From NCBI GenBank assembly GCA_963724305.1, contig CAVRUG010000004.1, positions 1,437,640 to 1,501,639 on the forward strand: 64,000 nucleotides of DNA, in the 5' to 3' direction. Within the stretch, counting starts at the first letter, position 1. Each line of letters opens with the position of its first letter. Under the pieces are notes generated by a model. That model was not told the DNA's origin. It saw only the letters and a program-made list of their open reading frames with translations, and made no database searches. The DNA comes from an uncultured Solirubrobacterales bacterium. Lineage in GTDB: Bacteria; Actinomycetota; Thermoleophilia; Solirubrobacterales; Solirubrobacteraceae. Positions 11,910-22,228 of this stretch are shown piece after piece. The translations under genes were made by a program, and so were the position numbers.

Positions 11910-12263
11910 CTAGGGATTCTCGGCGACAATGGCCTCGCTCGCCGACGGGGTGGCCTCGCGTAGCGGCTTGGGTGCGAGCAGGTAAGCGATCAGCGCGAGG
12001 CCAGCGACAGTGCCGGCATCGCCCAGCATCGCGACGAGCAGACCGGCGGTGGGCCTGATCGTTTCGAATTCGGTGTGTTCGGCTTCGCGGACGATGAGGT
12101 AGATGTAGTTGCCGACGATGGCGACCACGGCGCCGCATAGACCACAAACGACGAAGAACGCGATCGTGCCGAGCGTCCCCGCGTCGAGGTCGGGGAGCCA
12201 GCGGCTTGAGGCGAAGACGCCCGCTGCGAAGCAGACGACAGCGACGATGATCGGTACCAGCAT
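11910..12263 (-). CDS. Small membrane protein
   Basis: 117 aa with three hydrophobic segments. Confidence 0.55.
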   Translation of the reverse strand: MLVPIIVAVVCFAAGVFASSRWLPDLDAGTLGTIAFFVVCGLCGAVVAIVGNYIYLIVREAEHTEFETIRPTAGLLVAMLGDAGTVAGLALIAYLLAPKPLREATPSASEAIVAENP

Positions 12264-12377
12264 TCCACTGTTCTGATTCGCCGCCGCGCACGATGCTCCT
12301 GCCAGCCTGGAGACGTGGGTCGGTGCCGCCCCCTGTTTCTGCGGTGCGAGAGCAGCTTGAGAGTGGGTGGGGCACGC

Positions 12378-12713
12378 TCAAGCTGCGGGGGTGCGGTTCT
12401 CGCTCGGCTGCGAGCTGGGATCGACGGGTAGCCGGGCGGCAGTTTGCCGCCAGCGCCGGATCGCGTGTCGATCGATCCACACGGTGAGGAGCACGAAGAT
12501 CACGTCGAGGATCACGTCACCGGGAATGTTCCCGCGCCCCGGGTGGGTGAGCACAAGCACCGTCCAGGCAGTGATGAGGAGCGCGAGCGTGGAGGCCAAT
12601 ACGGCCTTGGCGATCAGGAGGCTCGCGCTCGCGGTGCTCGCTGACGCGGGGTGCTCCGGCACAGAGGTCCGCAGGCCGCGGTAGCGCAGTGGGCGGCGTT
12701 GGGCGTGGCTCAT
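12378..12713 (-). CDS. Small two-TM membrane protein
   Basis: ATG overlaps the TGA of the IS-interrupted upstream gene (ATGA); two TM segments. Confidence 0.5.
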   Translation of the reverse strand: MSHAQRRPLRYRGLRTSVPEHPASASTASASLLIAKAVLASTLALLITAWTVLVLTHPGRGNIPGDVILDVIFVLLTVWIDRHAIRRWRQTAARLPVDPSSQPSENRTPAA

Positions 12714-12925
12714 CGCTGGCGGCGCAGGCGCGGTGGGTGGTAGCTGGTGCTGCATTCGTAGCCGTGGCGTTCGTACTGGCGCTCATAGCGTGTCGCGCAA
12801 TACTCGCCTGGGAACGGCGGTTTGATCTGGCCCCACTGCGGCGGTCTGAACTGGCCCCACCTCCGTCCGACTGGCTGCTGACTGTTTGAGGCTCATGGAG
12901 CTCGAGCGGGAGGCGGCAGTGAGGA

Positions 12926-14466
12926 ATGGGATCACGAGTGGAGACGTTCGAGCAGATCAGGCGGGACAGGGATCGGGAAGGCACTTCGATCGAGGGCGTT
13001 GGCGGCGAGGTATGGGGTGCATAGGCGGGCGGTGCGTCAGGCGTTGGCGGCGCCGTTGCTGCCCGTCAAGCGCAAGCCTGTGGGTCGGCCAGCGCCGAAG
13101 CTGGGGGCGTATCGGGAGCTGATCGACTCCTGGCTTGACGGGGACCGGGATGCGCCGCGCAAGCAGCGTCATACCGCGAAGCGGATCTGGGAGCGGCTGC
13201 GTGATGAGCACGCGGCTGATGTCGCTGAGCGCACTGTTCGGGAATACGTTCACGATCGCCGCGCCGAGCGCGGCGAAGGCGTCCAGGCGTTCGTGCCGCA
13301 AGTGCACGGTGCGGGTGTGGAGGCCGAGGTCGACTGGGGTGAGGCGCAGGTCGCGATGGCTGGATCGGCGGCGAGGGTCTACCTGTTTCACATGCGTGCG
13401 TGTCATTCTGGTGCGGCGTTCGCGATGGCGTTCCCGCACTGCTCCCAGCAAGCGTTCTTGGAGGCTCACGTGCATGCGTTTGACTGGTTCGGTGGCGTGT
13501 TCGGCTTGTTGCGCTATGACAATCTCGCGAGCGCGGTCAAGCAGGTGCTGCGCGGCCGGCGCAGGGTCGAGACGGACCGGTTCATCGCGTTGCGCTCGCA
13601 CTATCTCTATGAGTCGCAGTTCACGATCCCGGGCATCGAGGGCGCCCACGAAAAGGGCGGTGTCGAGGGAGAGGTCGGGCGTTTCCGTCGCCGTCACTTC
13701 GTCCCGGTCCCGGACGTCTCCTCGCTCGGGGAGCTGAACGCGCGGATGCTCGCTGGCTGCGAGTCCGACCTGTCGCGGCGGATCACGGGGCGCCAGGAGA
13801 CCGTCGGTGAGTCGTTCGCCAGGGAGCGCCCGCTGCTGCGAGGGCTGCCGGCTGAGCGGGCGTCCACGGCTGATGAGGCGACGCCGCGGGTGGACTCGAA
13901 GGCGCTGGTCACGATCAAGCAGAACCGCTACTCGGTGCCCGTCCGCCTCGCCGGCTTGCGGGTTCACGCGCGGGTCGGCGCGCGCGAGATCGAGTGCCGT
14001 CACGGCGGGGAGCTGGTCGCTGTCCACGAGCGCCAGCAGGGCCGCTTCGGCGATCTCAGCGTCACTCGACCACTACCTGGAGCTGCTCGCGCGCAAGCCG
14101 GGTGCGTTGGCTGGGTCGCTCGCTCTTTCCCAGCAGCGCGAGCGCGGCGCCTGGCCATCGGTGTTCGACGAGCTGTGGGAGAAGATCGCCGAGCGCTACG
14201 GCGCCTCGGAGGCCGCGCGGCAGATGGTCGACGTGCTGATGCTCGCCCGCGAGCACAGCGCCGGCGAGGTCGAGCTAGCGGTCCGTGGCGCGCTCACAGC
14301 GGGTGCGCACGACGGACGCGCGGTCGCGGTGCTCGCGAGCCGTGGTTCCCGCGGCCGTCCCGCGAGCGCTCGATGATCTCCCACAGCGCCTGCAGGGGCT
14401 CGGGGCGCCACCACCGACGCTCGGCCACTACGACGAGCTGCTCGTCCAGCAGGGGGAGCACAGTGA
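12926..14466 (+). CDS. istA: IS21 transposase IstA (frameshifted near 12992, 14055 and 14355)
   Basis: KQRHTAKRIWERL, EVDWGE, RYDNL, EKGGVEGEVG and NRYSVP motifs. Confidence 0.9.
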
Positions 14467-15244
14467 GCGCCCCGGCGAAGGTCCAAGCGATGGAGACACT
14501 GATCGACGCGCACGCGCTCGAGCTGAAGCTCCCGACCGTCCGGGCTCGCTTCCGCGCGCTCGCCGAGGAGGCGACACGCGACCAGCAAACCCCGACCGCC
14601 TATCTCGCCGCGCTGTTGGAGGCCGAGGTCTGCAGAGCGAGCTGAACGCCGCGAACGCCGACGGCTGATCGACGCGCGGTTCCCGCTGATGAAGCGCCTG
14701 GAGGACTTCCGCTTCGAGGAGAACCCGAAGATCCCCCAGGCCACGATCGCCGCGCTGGCGCAGGGCACCTGGATCGATGACCGCGAGTCGGTGATCCTCC
14801 TCGGCGACAGCGGCACCGGCAAGACCCATCTCGCGATCTCCCTCGCGGTGCTCGCCTGCCAACAAGGACGACGAGTCCGCTTCACCACCCTCGCCGCGCT
14901 CGCGAACGAACTACAAGCAGCCGAGAGCCGACGCGAGCTCGGCCGAGTCATCGCGCGCTACGCCCGAACCGAGCTCGTCGTCCTCGACGAGCTCGGGTAT
15001 CTCGCGTTGCCCGAGGGCGCCGCGGAGCTCGTCTTCCAGGTCATCTCCGAGCGCAACGAGCGCGCCAGCCTGATCGTCACGACGAACCTCCCGTTCGGGG
15101 AGTGGACGAAGGTCTTCCCCGACGCCCGTCTCGCGAAGGCCGTCGTGGACCGCATCACCCACCGAGCGCACATCATCGACACCGGCAGCAGAGTCCTGGC
15201 GCTTCCGCCACGGCCTCACCAGAGCGAAGAAAGGGGCCGCCTGA
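14463..15244 (+). CDS. istB: IS21 helper ATPase IstB (frameshifted near 14635 and 15190)
   Basis: GDSGTGKTHL, LVVLDELGYL, IVTTNLPFGEW, AVVDRITHRA. Confidence 0.92.
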
Positions 15245-15816
15245 CCCCCACCCGCGAGGCGCGCCGGCGATATCTCGTTCCGCTACGCGCTACGCGCTCC
15301 GCTCCACGAGACACCGCCGCAAGTCACAATCAGAGAAGATCAACTACACACAACAACCGACGCGAAGTGGGGCCACTTCAAGCCGCCGCGCCGGGGCCAC
15401 TGCAAACCGCCGCGCCCACTCGCCGGCTTGTAGGCACTTTTCCGCCCCGCCGATGCGGGCAGGAGTTCCGCTTTGGCAGACCTTCGCGGCGGTTCCGACG
15501 GGCGGGCTGGAGTTCGCGCTCGCGGGAAGCGCGACGGCGACGCTCACGAGGAGGACGGCCGCGATCGATCTGATGGAGGAGCACATCGGCGAGGCGCAGC
15601 TTACAAACTTATGGACGATCCGGCGATGTGGATTGCCTGACCATCTGGTGCAGCGCAGCCGGCGTACCGCCCGGCCCCCTGCACATCGGTGGGCTCAACG
15701 TACGCCGACTATCCCGCCGTTCCGTTGGTCGAGCGCAGCTGCTGTAAATGTCTCCGGGGCCTGCGCTCCTGTGGCGCGGCAACGCCGTCGAGCAGGGTGC
15801 AAAGTGGGACCTGCGG

Positions 15817-15916
15817 GGGCGTCCGCGAGGATCAGCAGCGCTATCAGGTGCGGCTCGCACTGCCCTCGCTCCAGTATGCCGATCTCGCTGCGGTGGAGGT
15901 TGGCGAGCTCCGCGAG
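15817..15916 (-). pseudogene. XRE-family HTH fragment
   Basis: LAELANLHRSEIGILERGQCEPHLIALLILADA; no credible start; directly downstream of the tRNA fragment. Confidence 0.55.
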
Positions 15917-15946
15917 GCGATTTGCCGATTTGCGGGACTTTTCTGA

Positions 15947-15996
15947 AGCGGATGATGGGACTCGAACCCACGACCTTCTGCATGGCAAGCAGACGC
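15947..15996 (-). pseudogene. 3' half of tRNA-Gly(GCC)
   Basis: TCTGC-TTGCCAT-GCAGA anticodon arm, GTGGGTTCGAGTCCCAT T-arm and CATCCGCT acceptor 3' strand; the D-arm and 5' acceptor strand are absent. Confidence 0.8.
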
Positions 15997-16078
15997 GCAA
16001 GCTCGTAAGGGAGCGTGACCTATAAACGGACGTGGGCAGCGGACAAGGACGGTCCGCCGACAACTGTGCCCATGCAGC

Positions 16079-16555
16079 CTACGCCGCCGACGGCGAGGCG
16101 TCCGCGAGCGCCTTCACCACCAACCGGTCGTGCTCGGCCGGCTTGACCTTGCGCAGTACCGAGCTAATGCGCCCATCGGGGTTGATCAAGAACGTGGTGC
16201 GCTCATTACCGAAGTACCTGCGGCCGTACATCGACTTCTCGACCCAAACGCCGTAGCGTTCCGCGACCGCGTGGCCCTCATCGGCCAGCAGCACAAAGTT
16301 CAGCCCCTCTTTGTCGTGGAACTTCTTGAGGGCCGCGACCGGGTCGGGGGAGATGCCGAGCACCACCGCACCGGCCTTGGCGTAGTCGGCTTGGTGGTCG
16401 CGGACCCCGCACGCCTGCACCGTGCAGCCCGCGGTTGCAGCCTTCGGGTAGAAATACACCGCGACCGCATTCCCGCGGAAGTCCGAGAGCTTGACCGTGC
16501 GACCGTCCTGGTCGGACAGCTCGAAGTCGGGGGCCTTCTGTCCTGGCTGGATCAT
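16079..16555 (-). CDS. bcp: Peroxiredoxin Bcp/PrxQ
   Basis: YFYPKAATAGCTVQAC peroxidatic motif; ERTTFLI. Confidence 0.93.
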   Translation of the reverse strand: MIQPGQKAPDFELSDQDGRTVKLSDFRGNAVAVYFYPKAATAGCTVQACGVRDHQADYAKAGAVVLGISPDPVAALKKFHDKEGLNFVLLADEGHAVAERYGVWVEKSMYGRRYFGNERTTFLINPDGRISSVLRKVKPAEHDRLVVKALADASPSAA

Positions 16556-16702
16556 CGCGGCATCGTAGCCAACCTCTCGCGCCACGTCTTTGGGGACCAC
16601 CCACGTGACACACACTCACGGCCACAGGCACGCGCACCCCGTTCTTGGCTTGGTCTTGCTCATCGTCTGGTCGTGCTCATCGTCGAATGTAGACTCTGAT
16701 CG

Positions 16703-16933
16703 ATGCGTATCCTCAAGCGATTCGAGCGCCCCGTGCGGTGCCGTGAAGGCCATGTGTTCATGACGATCTGGATCCCCGGAGGCTCGCTGAAGGCCATCAG
16801 GATGGGCAGGTGGCGGTGGCAGCGCTGCCCGGTTGGTCGCCACTGGACGTGGGTGCGGCGCATCGACCGGAACACGGGGAGCCTTATCGAGCTCGGGGCA
16901 GCTCGCGCGAAACACGACATCCGCGTCCCCTGA
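16703..16933 (+). CDS. Small hypothetical protein with Cys/His motif
   Basis: VRCREGH...QRCPVGRHW, a possible metal-binding motif. Confidence 0.6.
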   Translation: MRILKRFERPVRCREGHVFMTIWIPGGSLKAIRMGRWRWQRCPVGRHWTWVRRIDRNTGSLIELGAARAKHDIRVP

Positions 16934-17033
16934 GCACGCGGGGTCTCCCCGAGGCCCTCGAGTGGTTGGTTGTTCCTACTCTGCCAAGCCTGCGCGCTTC
17001 AGGTTGCGGGCGCCTGAGAGCGTCGGTGTGGCG

Positions 17034-17381
17034 CTACAGGGACAGGTGCAGACGTAGCGCGTCGTCGAGAGAGGTCATCAACCCATCTGGCAGTTGACCA
17101 AGCTGCCTGCCGACACGCTCGGCATCGATCGAGCGCACCTGCTCGGCCTGAGCCTTGGAGTCTCGTGGCAAACCGCCGGCTCCCGCGGGCAGCAACACCT
17201 GAAACGGGTAGACACGCTCGACGTTCGAGGTGATCGGCACGACCGTCAGCACTCCTCGGGCCAGCCTGGCCGCGGTTTGATTGGCGACATCGTTGCTCAC
17301 GATCACGGCTGGCCGTAGCTTGCTTGCCTCCGCGCCGCGGACGGGGTCAAGATCGACCATCCGCACCTCCCCCCGCCGCAT
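17034..17381 (-). CDS. mazF: PemK/MazF family toxin
   Basis: MRRGEVRMVDLDPVRGAEASKLRPAVIVSND; DSKAQAEQVRSI. Confidence 0.93.
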   Translation of the reverse strand: MRRGEVRMVDLDPVRGAEASKLRPAVIVSNDVANQTAARLARGVLTVVPITSNVERVYPFQVLLPAGAGGLPRDSKAQAEQVRSIDAERVGRQLGQLPDGLMTSLDDALRLHLSL

Positions 17382-17602
17382 CACGCACCATCGCCGACAA
17401 CAGCGTTCCAGCTCTCCGCCTCTCCATCCGCCTCCCACTCCGCCCAGGCATCGCCGTATGCCTCGTGAAGCTCACCGAGGCGAAGTGCACGGATCGCCTG
17501 ATGCACGACAGCTGAGCGTGATGGGTACGCATGAGTACTGGCGTATGCGTCCAAGAACGCCACATCTTCTCCAGGCAGGCTCACACTTACCTTCACCCCC
17601 AT
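17381..17602 (-). CDS. RHH antitoxin, cognate to MazF
   Basis: VKVSVSLP...SRSAVVHQAI...AWAEWE; stop codon overlaps the toxin start. Confidence 0.88.
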   Translation of the reverse strand: MGVKVSVSLPGEDVAFLDAYASTHAYPSRSAVVHQAIRALRLGELHEAYGDAWAEWEADGEAESWNAVVGDGA

Positions 17603-17670
17603 CATCCTACCATTTTTCCGACCCAATGGAGACCATGCGCTCTTGAGGGTTGCTGAATCACAGGCCACCG

Positions 17671-18525
17671 TCACTTCAACAGCCGCGACAACCGCCGGTC
17701 CTTGAGCACCCGGCCCTCGGTTTGACAGGTGGGGCAGTAGGCGATCACGTAGTCCTCGAAGTGCACCGAGCGCAATGTGGTGGCGCAGCGAGGGCAGGGC
17801 TCCCCCTCGTGGCGGTGGATGCGCAGCGGCATCGGCAGCTTGTCGGGGATCGGCAGGACGATCACGCGCTCGTAGTGGTCGATCGCCGCGCCGAGGATCG
17901 CGATCGTCGCCTCGCGCAGCCGCTGCGCCTCCTCCTCGGTGAGGTCGGCGCCGCGCTTGTAGGGAGAGAGTTGGGCTTCCCACAGGATCTCGTCCACCCA
18001 CGAGCGGCCGATGCCGGCGATTGTGTGTTGGTCGCGCAGCATCGTGTGCAGCGGGCGGGGGGCGTCCAGCAGCTCGCGCAACGACGGCGGGTCGGGCCAC
18101 GCTTCGGGGCCGAGGGTGGCGAGCGCCTGCTCCTGGTCGAGCTCCTCCGCACGCAGCAGCTTCACCCACGCCGCCTGCTTGGAGCCGAACTCGCGCAGGC
18201 GCAGCTCCTGACTGTCATCGATCCGCACGAGTAGGCGCGAGGTGCGGTCGCGCGGGCCGGCGCGCTTGTCGTAGAGTTGCAGCCGGCCGGCCGACATCAG
18301 ATGGATCAGCAGCGCCAGGCGTTCGGGGTCTCCGTCGACATCGACGATCAGGTGCTTTCCGCGCCGGCGCACACCCGCGATCGTGCGGCCCGCCAGCTCG
18401 GTGAGCGGCGGGTCGAAGCTCCGCAGCGCGTTGATGCCGGGCGCCAGCGCCGACTCGATCGCGGCCCCGCGCAGGGCGCCATCGAGCCGGCGTGCAGTTA
18501 TCTCTACCTCTGGCAGCTCCGGCAT
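17671..18525 (-). CDS. Fpg/Nei family DNA glycosylase
   Basis: MPELPEVE, RRGKHL, HLMSAG, H2TH (GIGRSWVDE) and C-terminal CPRC...CPTCQ zinc finger. Confidence 0.93.
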   Translation of the reverse strand: MPELPEVEITARRLDGALRGAAIESALAPGINALRSFDPPLTELAGRTIAGVRRRGKHLIVDVDGDPERLALLIHLMSAGRLQLYDKRAGPRDRTSRLLVRIDDSQELRLREFGSKQAAWVKLLRAEELDQEQALATLGPEAWPDPPSLRELLDAPRPLHTMLRDQHTIAGIGRSWVDEILWEAQLSPYKRGADLTEEEAQRLREATIAILGAAIDHYERVIVLPIPDKLPMPLRIHRHEGEPCPRCATTLRSVHFEDYVIAYCPTCQTEGRVLKDRRLSRLLK

Positions 18526-18605
18526 CGCCCTTCAACTTTAGGAGGCGATGCCGAGCCGACGAAAGGGACGATGGGGATGGGCGAGCTTCCGCGCCTCCCC
18601 CTGAC

Positions 18606-20075
18606 TCACGGTGAGGGCGTGGCTCCGATCGCCGGCCCTTCGTACTTAGCGCCGGTGGGACTGGTCCAACGCACTTTCCAAGACGCGCCCGCCGTGCTCG
18701 AGGTGAAGCTCCAGTAGCCGAGCGATTCGGTGGTGGCGGTCTTCAGCACGCGGTACTTCTTTGCGCCGCGCGTCTTGATGAGGATCGTCACTTTGGTCGA
18801 GCCCGTCGCCGGGCGCACCAAGCCCCACAGCGAGAAGCGGTGACCCACCTTCGAGACGACCAGCGGGATCGGCCATGCCGAGTAGAGCGGCTTGGGGCTG
18901 CCGTTGACGTACTCCAGGCCCGTCTGGAAGCCGACCGTGCCGCCGTGCACGCCCGATCCCGGAGGGCCACCGGTGGGATCGTCGTGCAGCAGGTACTGCG
19001 AGAAGGCCGCCACGCGCGGGTTCTTCCAGGCGATGTATTCGGCGAGCGCATCGTATTCGGCCTGTTTGGCGGGCGACACACCCTCGTAGCGGTTGGGCAC
19101 GCTCTGCACCCCAAACTCGGTGAGGTAGATCGGGATTCCGGCCCTGATCGCGCCCGCACGGGCAGCCAGGTTGAGAGCGTTTTCCAGACGGTAGAGCGTC
19201 CCGATCGTGACGTCGTCGCGCACCGGCGGCACCCACAGGGGACCCTGCTTCTGGGTGTAGGCGTGGGTGGAGTAGCCGTACGCCGACACCGATCCGCACC
19301 CGCCCGCCTTCTTGTAGTGGGAGTTGAGGCACAGCGCGCCGCGCATGAACGCCAGCGGCGCCACGTCGTGGAGCAGCCCATATTTGCGGACTTCCGAGCG
19401 GCTGAGGCTGTCGTTGCCGACCGGCGCCGTTTCGCCCATCAGCACCTTGGGGTGCGCGATGCCCGCGGCCTGCAGCCCCGCGTAGCCTTCCTGGAACAGG
19501 CCGCGATAGATGCGCGGCGAGACGGGCTGGCCGGAGGAGTTGAATTGCGGCTGCAGGGAGGCGATGTCGTTGGGCTCGTTCCAGATCGCGAACAGCGACA
19601 CCTCCGAGCCGTAGTGCTTGCCCACCGCGGTCATGAATTCTTTGAAGTAGCTCGCGTTGGGACTACCGAGAGCCGTGTGGTTGGCGCTCGCCCACTTCGG
19701 CACCGGCGAGGTCACGGTGAGCAGCACCGGCCATTTCAGTTCTTTCGCCTTGTTCAGCACCCAGTCGTACAGCGACCAGTTGTAGGCGGCGGGGTTGGTG
19801 GCTTCGAACTTCGGGCGCTTGTTGCTCCCGGAGGCAGGGGCCACGTAGGACCAATAGAGCTCCACGCGCAGCGCGTGCACCCCCAGATGCTCCATCTGCT
19901 GGAAGGCGTGTTCGCGCTTGTGCGGTTCGATCAGCACTTTGCCGGCCTCGAAGAAGACGGTTTGGTTGCGCGAGGCCAGCGCCGAGGGAGCGCTCACGGC
20001 GAGCGCGACGCCGGCCAGCAGCAGCGCGAGGAGGGATTTACGGGCTTTGGTGAGGGAGATGGGAGCTTTGGGCAT
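18606..20075 (-). CDS. Secreted clan GH-A-like glycoside hydrolase
   Basis: Signal peptide; IWNEPN acid/base and YLTEFG nucleophile motifs. Confidence 0.75.
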   Translation of the reverse strand: MPKAPISLTKARKSLLALLLAGVALAVSAPSALASRNQTVFFEAGKVLIEPHKREHAFQQMEHLGVHALRVELYWSYVAPASGSNKRPKFEATNPAAYNWSLYDWVLNKAKELKWPVLLTVTSPVPKWASANHTALGSPNASYFKEFMTAVGKHYGSEVSLFAIWNEPNDIASLQPQFNSSGQPVSPRIYRGLFQEGYAGLQAAGIAHPKVLMGETAPVGNDSLSRSEVRKYGLLHDVAPLAFMRGALCLNSHYKKAGGCGSVSAYGYSTHAYTQKQGPLWVPPVRDDVTIGTLYRLENALNLAARAGAIRAGIPIYLTEFGVQSVPNRYEGVSPAKQAEYDALAEYIAWKNPRVAAFSQYLLHDDPTGGPPGSGVHGGTVGFQTGLEYVNGSPKPLYSAWPIPLVVSKVGHRFSLWGLVRPATGSTKVTILIKTRGAKKYRVLKTATTESLGYWSFTSSTAGASWKVRWTSPTGAKYEGPAIGATPSP

Positions 20076-20148
20076 GGAGGCTATGACACGGCGGCGGGGA
20101 CGATGTTGCGGTGGACCCCACGAGGCGCGCTCCGATAGCGTGCGGACC

Positions 20149-21237
20149 ATGAGTTCAGCAGTCGCGCCGGATGACATCGTCCACACCCACGAGCAGGCGC
20201 AGGAGAACGCCCGCCCGCCGCTGCTGGTGCTCGACCCCCTGCGCGAGTTCCTCGACGCCCACGGCCTCGGCGAGGGCGACCTCGAGGCCAGCCCGATCGG
20301 CGAGGGCCACTCCAACGTCACCTACCTGATCAAGCGCGGCGACGGCAGTGAGCTGGTGCTGCGCCGCCCCCCGCGCCCGCCGCTGCCGCCTTCCGCGCAC
20401 GACGTCCTGCGCGAGGCACGGCTGCTGCGGGCGCTGCAGGGCACCGCCGCGCGCGTGCCCACCGTGCTCGCGGTGGAGGACGACCCCACCACGATCGGGT
20501 GCCCCTTCTACGTGATGGAGCGCGTGGAGGGCGAGGCGATCGTGTTCACGCTGCCGCCCGCACTCGACACACCGGCCGAGCGTAAGCGGATCGCCGAGGA
20601 GCTGATCGACGCGCTGGTGGAGATCCACGCCGTCGACTGGCGCGCGGCGGGCCTCGAGGACTTCGGCAAGCCCACTGGCTATCTGGAGCGCCAGCTGCGG
20701 CGCTTCGGGGGGCTGTGGGAGATCAACAAGACGCGCGAGATCCCTGCGGTCGAACGCGTGGCGGCGTGGCTGGCCGAGCACCTGCCGGAGTCCGGCTCGG
20801 CTACGATCGTGCACGGGGACTACCGCCTCGGCAACACGATGTTCGCGACCGGCGCCCCCGCGCAGCTGACGGCGGTGCTGGATTGGGAGATGGCGACGAT
20901 CGGCGACCCGTTGGCGGACCTCGGCTACATGTGCATGGTGTGGGGCCAGGCCGACGACCCGCCAGGCGGCATCAGGGACTCGCTGGGCGCGGTCACGAAG
21001 GCCGAGGGCTTCCCTACCCGCACAGAGCTGATCGCCCGCTACGAAGCGCACAGCGGCCGCTCGATGAGCGACCTGCGCTGGTATGTGACGCTGGCGGTGT
21101 GGAAGATGACGGTGTTCATGGAGGGCAACTACAAGCGCGCGCTCGCCGGCGCCACCGACGACCCCTACCTGAAGCACTTCGGCGAGGGCGTGCTGCAGCT
21201 GGCCGCCCACGCGGAGGAGGTGACACGCGGTGGGTGA
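20149..21237 (+). CDS. APH-like phosphotransferase (ACAD10/11 N-terminal type)
   Basis: GHSNVTY, SAHDVLRE, HGDYRLGN, LDWEMATIGDPLADLG. Confidence 0.9.
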   Translation: MSSAVAPDDIVHTHEQAQENARPPLLVLDPLREFLDAHGLGEGDLEASPIGEGHSNVTYLIKRGDGSELVLRRPPRPPLPPSAHDVLREARLLRALQGTAARVPTVLAVEDDPTTIGCPFYVMERVEGEAIVFTLPPALDTPAERKRIAEELIDALVEIHAVDWRAAGLEDFGKPTGYLERQLRRFGGLWEINKTREIPAVERVAAWLAEHLPESGSATIVHGDYRLGNTMFATGAPAQLTAVLDWEMATIGDPLADLGYMCMVWGQADDPPGGIRDSLGAVTKAEGFPTRTELIARYEAHSGRSMSDLRWYVTLAVWKMTVFMEGNYKRALAGATDDPYLKHFGEGVLQLAAHAEEVTRGG

Positions 21238-22009
21238 GTCCGCCGAGAGCGACCCCCTCGCCGGCTCAGGCGAGGAGCTGAAGCGGGCCGCGGAGGCTGG
21301 CGCAGACGAGGAGCTGGCAGCAGAGGCAAGCGCGGAGGCCAAGCAGGGCGTACAGGACGGAGTTGGGGCCGCTAACGTCAGTGGTAGCCCGATCCGCGGC
21401 CTGCTGGTCGACTGGGGCGGCGTGATGACCACCAACCTGTTTCGCTCCTTCTCCGACTTCTGCGAGCAGGAGGGCCTCGACTCCGGCGTGCTCGTGCAGC
21501 TGTTCCGGGGCAGCGAGCAGGCGCGCGAGCTGCTGATCGGCTTCGAGGAGGGCCGCGTCGAGGAGGCCCGGTTCGAGGCCGAGCTGGGCAGCCTGCTCGG
21601 CCTCGACACGGCAGATGGCCTGATCGATCGGCTCTTCTCCGGGGCAACACTGGAGCCCTCGATGGTGGACGCCGTGCGCGCGGCCCGCGCCGCCGGGATC
21701 GCCACCGGGCTGATCTCCAACTCGTGGGGCACCAGCCGCTACCCGCGCGAGCTGCTGGGCGAGCTGTTCGACGGCGTGGTGATCTCGGGAGAAGTTGGCA
21801 TCCGCAAGCCCGCCCCCCGCATCTACGAGCTTGGAGCGCAGGCGATCACTCGCGCTCCAGAGGAGTGCGTGTTCATCGACGACCTCCCCTTCAACCTGCC
21901 GCCGGCGACGGAGTTGGGGATGGCGACAGTGCATCACACCGCTGCCGACACCACGATCCCTGAGCTCGAACGACTGCTCGGTCTCGTGCTGCAGGATGTG
22001 GCCATCTGA
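21230..22009 (+). CDS. HAD family phosphatase
   Basis: LVDWGGV, ISNSWG, RKPAPRIY, FIDD. Confidence 0.88.
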   Translation: MGESAESDPLAGSGEELKRAAEAGADEELAAEASAEAKQGVQDGVGAANVSGSPIRGLLVDWGGVMTTNLFRSFSDFCEQEGLDSGVLVQLFRGSEQARELLIGFEEGRVEEARFEAELGSLLGLDTADGLIDRLFSGATLEPSMVDAVRAARAAGIATGLISNSWGTSRYPRELLGELFDGVVISGEVGIRKPAPRIYELGAQAITRAPEECVFIDDLPFNLPPATELGMATVHHTAADTTIPELERLLGLVLQDVAI

Positions 22010-22228
22010 TCGCGCGCCGCCCGTGCCTGGCCTTCTAAAAGCGCTGCAATACACTTGGACCCGTGGATGACCTGTTCTCCGTGCCACTTGGCTATGTGGA
22101 CCCAGACCAAGGGCCCGATGACGGACTCTCGACCTCGTCGATCCCATCGGAGGCTTTTTCAAGTGGGTCGCACTGCGCGGGAGCGTTCTCGACACCGTCA
22201 GCGACACCGTCGGCCCCATACTGATCAG

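Larger units (their letters stand above)
12809..15418 (+). mobile_element. IS21-family insertion sequence
   Basis: TG...CA ends with imperfect IRs and internal tggcccc repeats; 6-bp TSD CTCGCC at 12803-12808 and 15419-15424. Confidence 0.93.
12710..15586 (-). pseudogene. Small Cys-rich secreted protein split by IS21
   Basis: Removing the IS and one TSD joins 15586-15419 to 12802-12710 in frame: MCSSIRSIAAVLLVSVAVALPASANS...VCQSG...KCLQAGE|YCATRYERQYERHGYECSTSYHPPRLRRQR* (86 aa). Confidence 0.8.
8321..16241. mobile_element. Decayed genomic islet integrated in bcp
   Basis: 18-bp direct repeat ccgtacatcgacttctcg at 8321-8338 and 16224-16241; content is Fic, IS21 and gene remnants; no integrase seen. 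Confidence 0.75.

Noticed and set aside
15947-16030. Full-length functional tRNA-Gly
   Set aside because: No D-arm or complementary 5' acceptor strand upstream of the anticodon arm.
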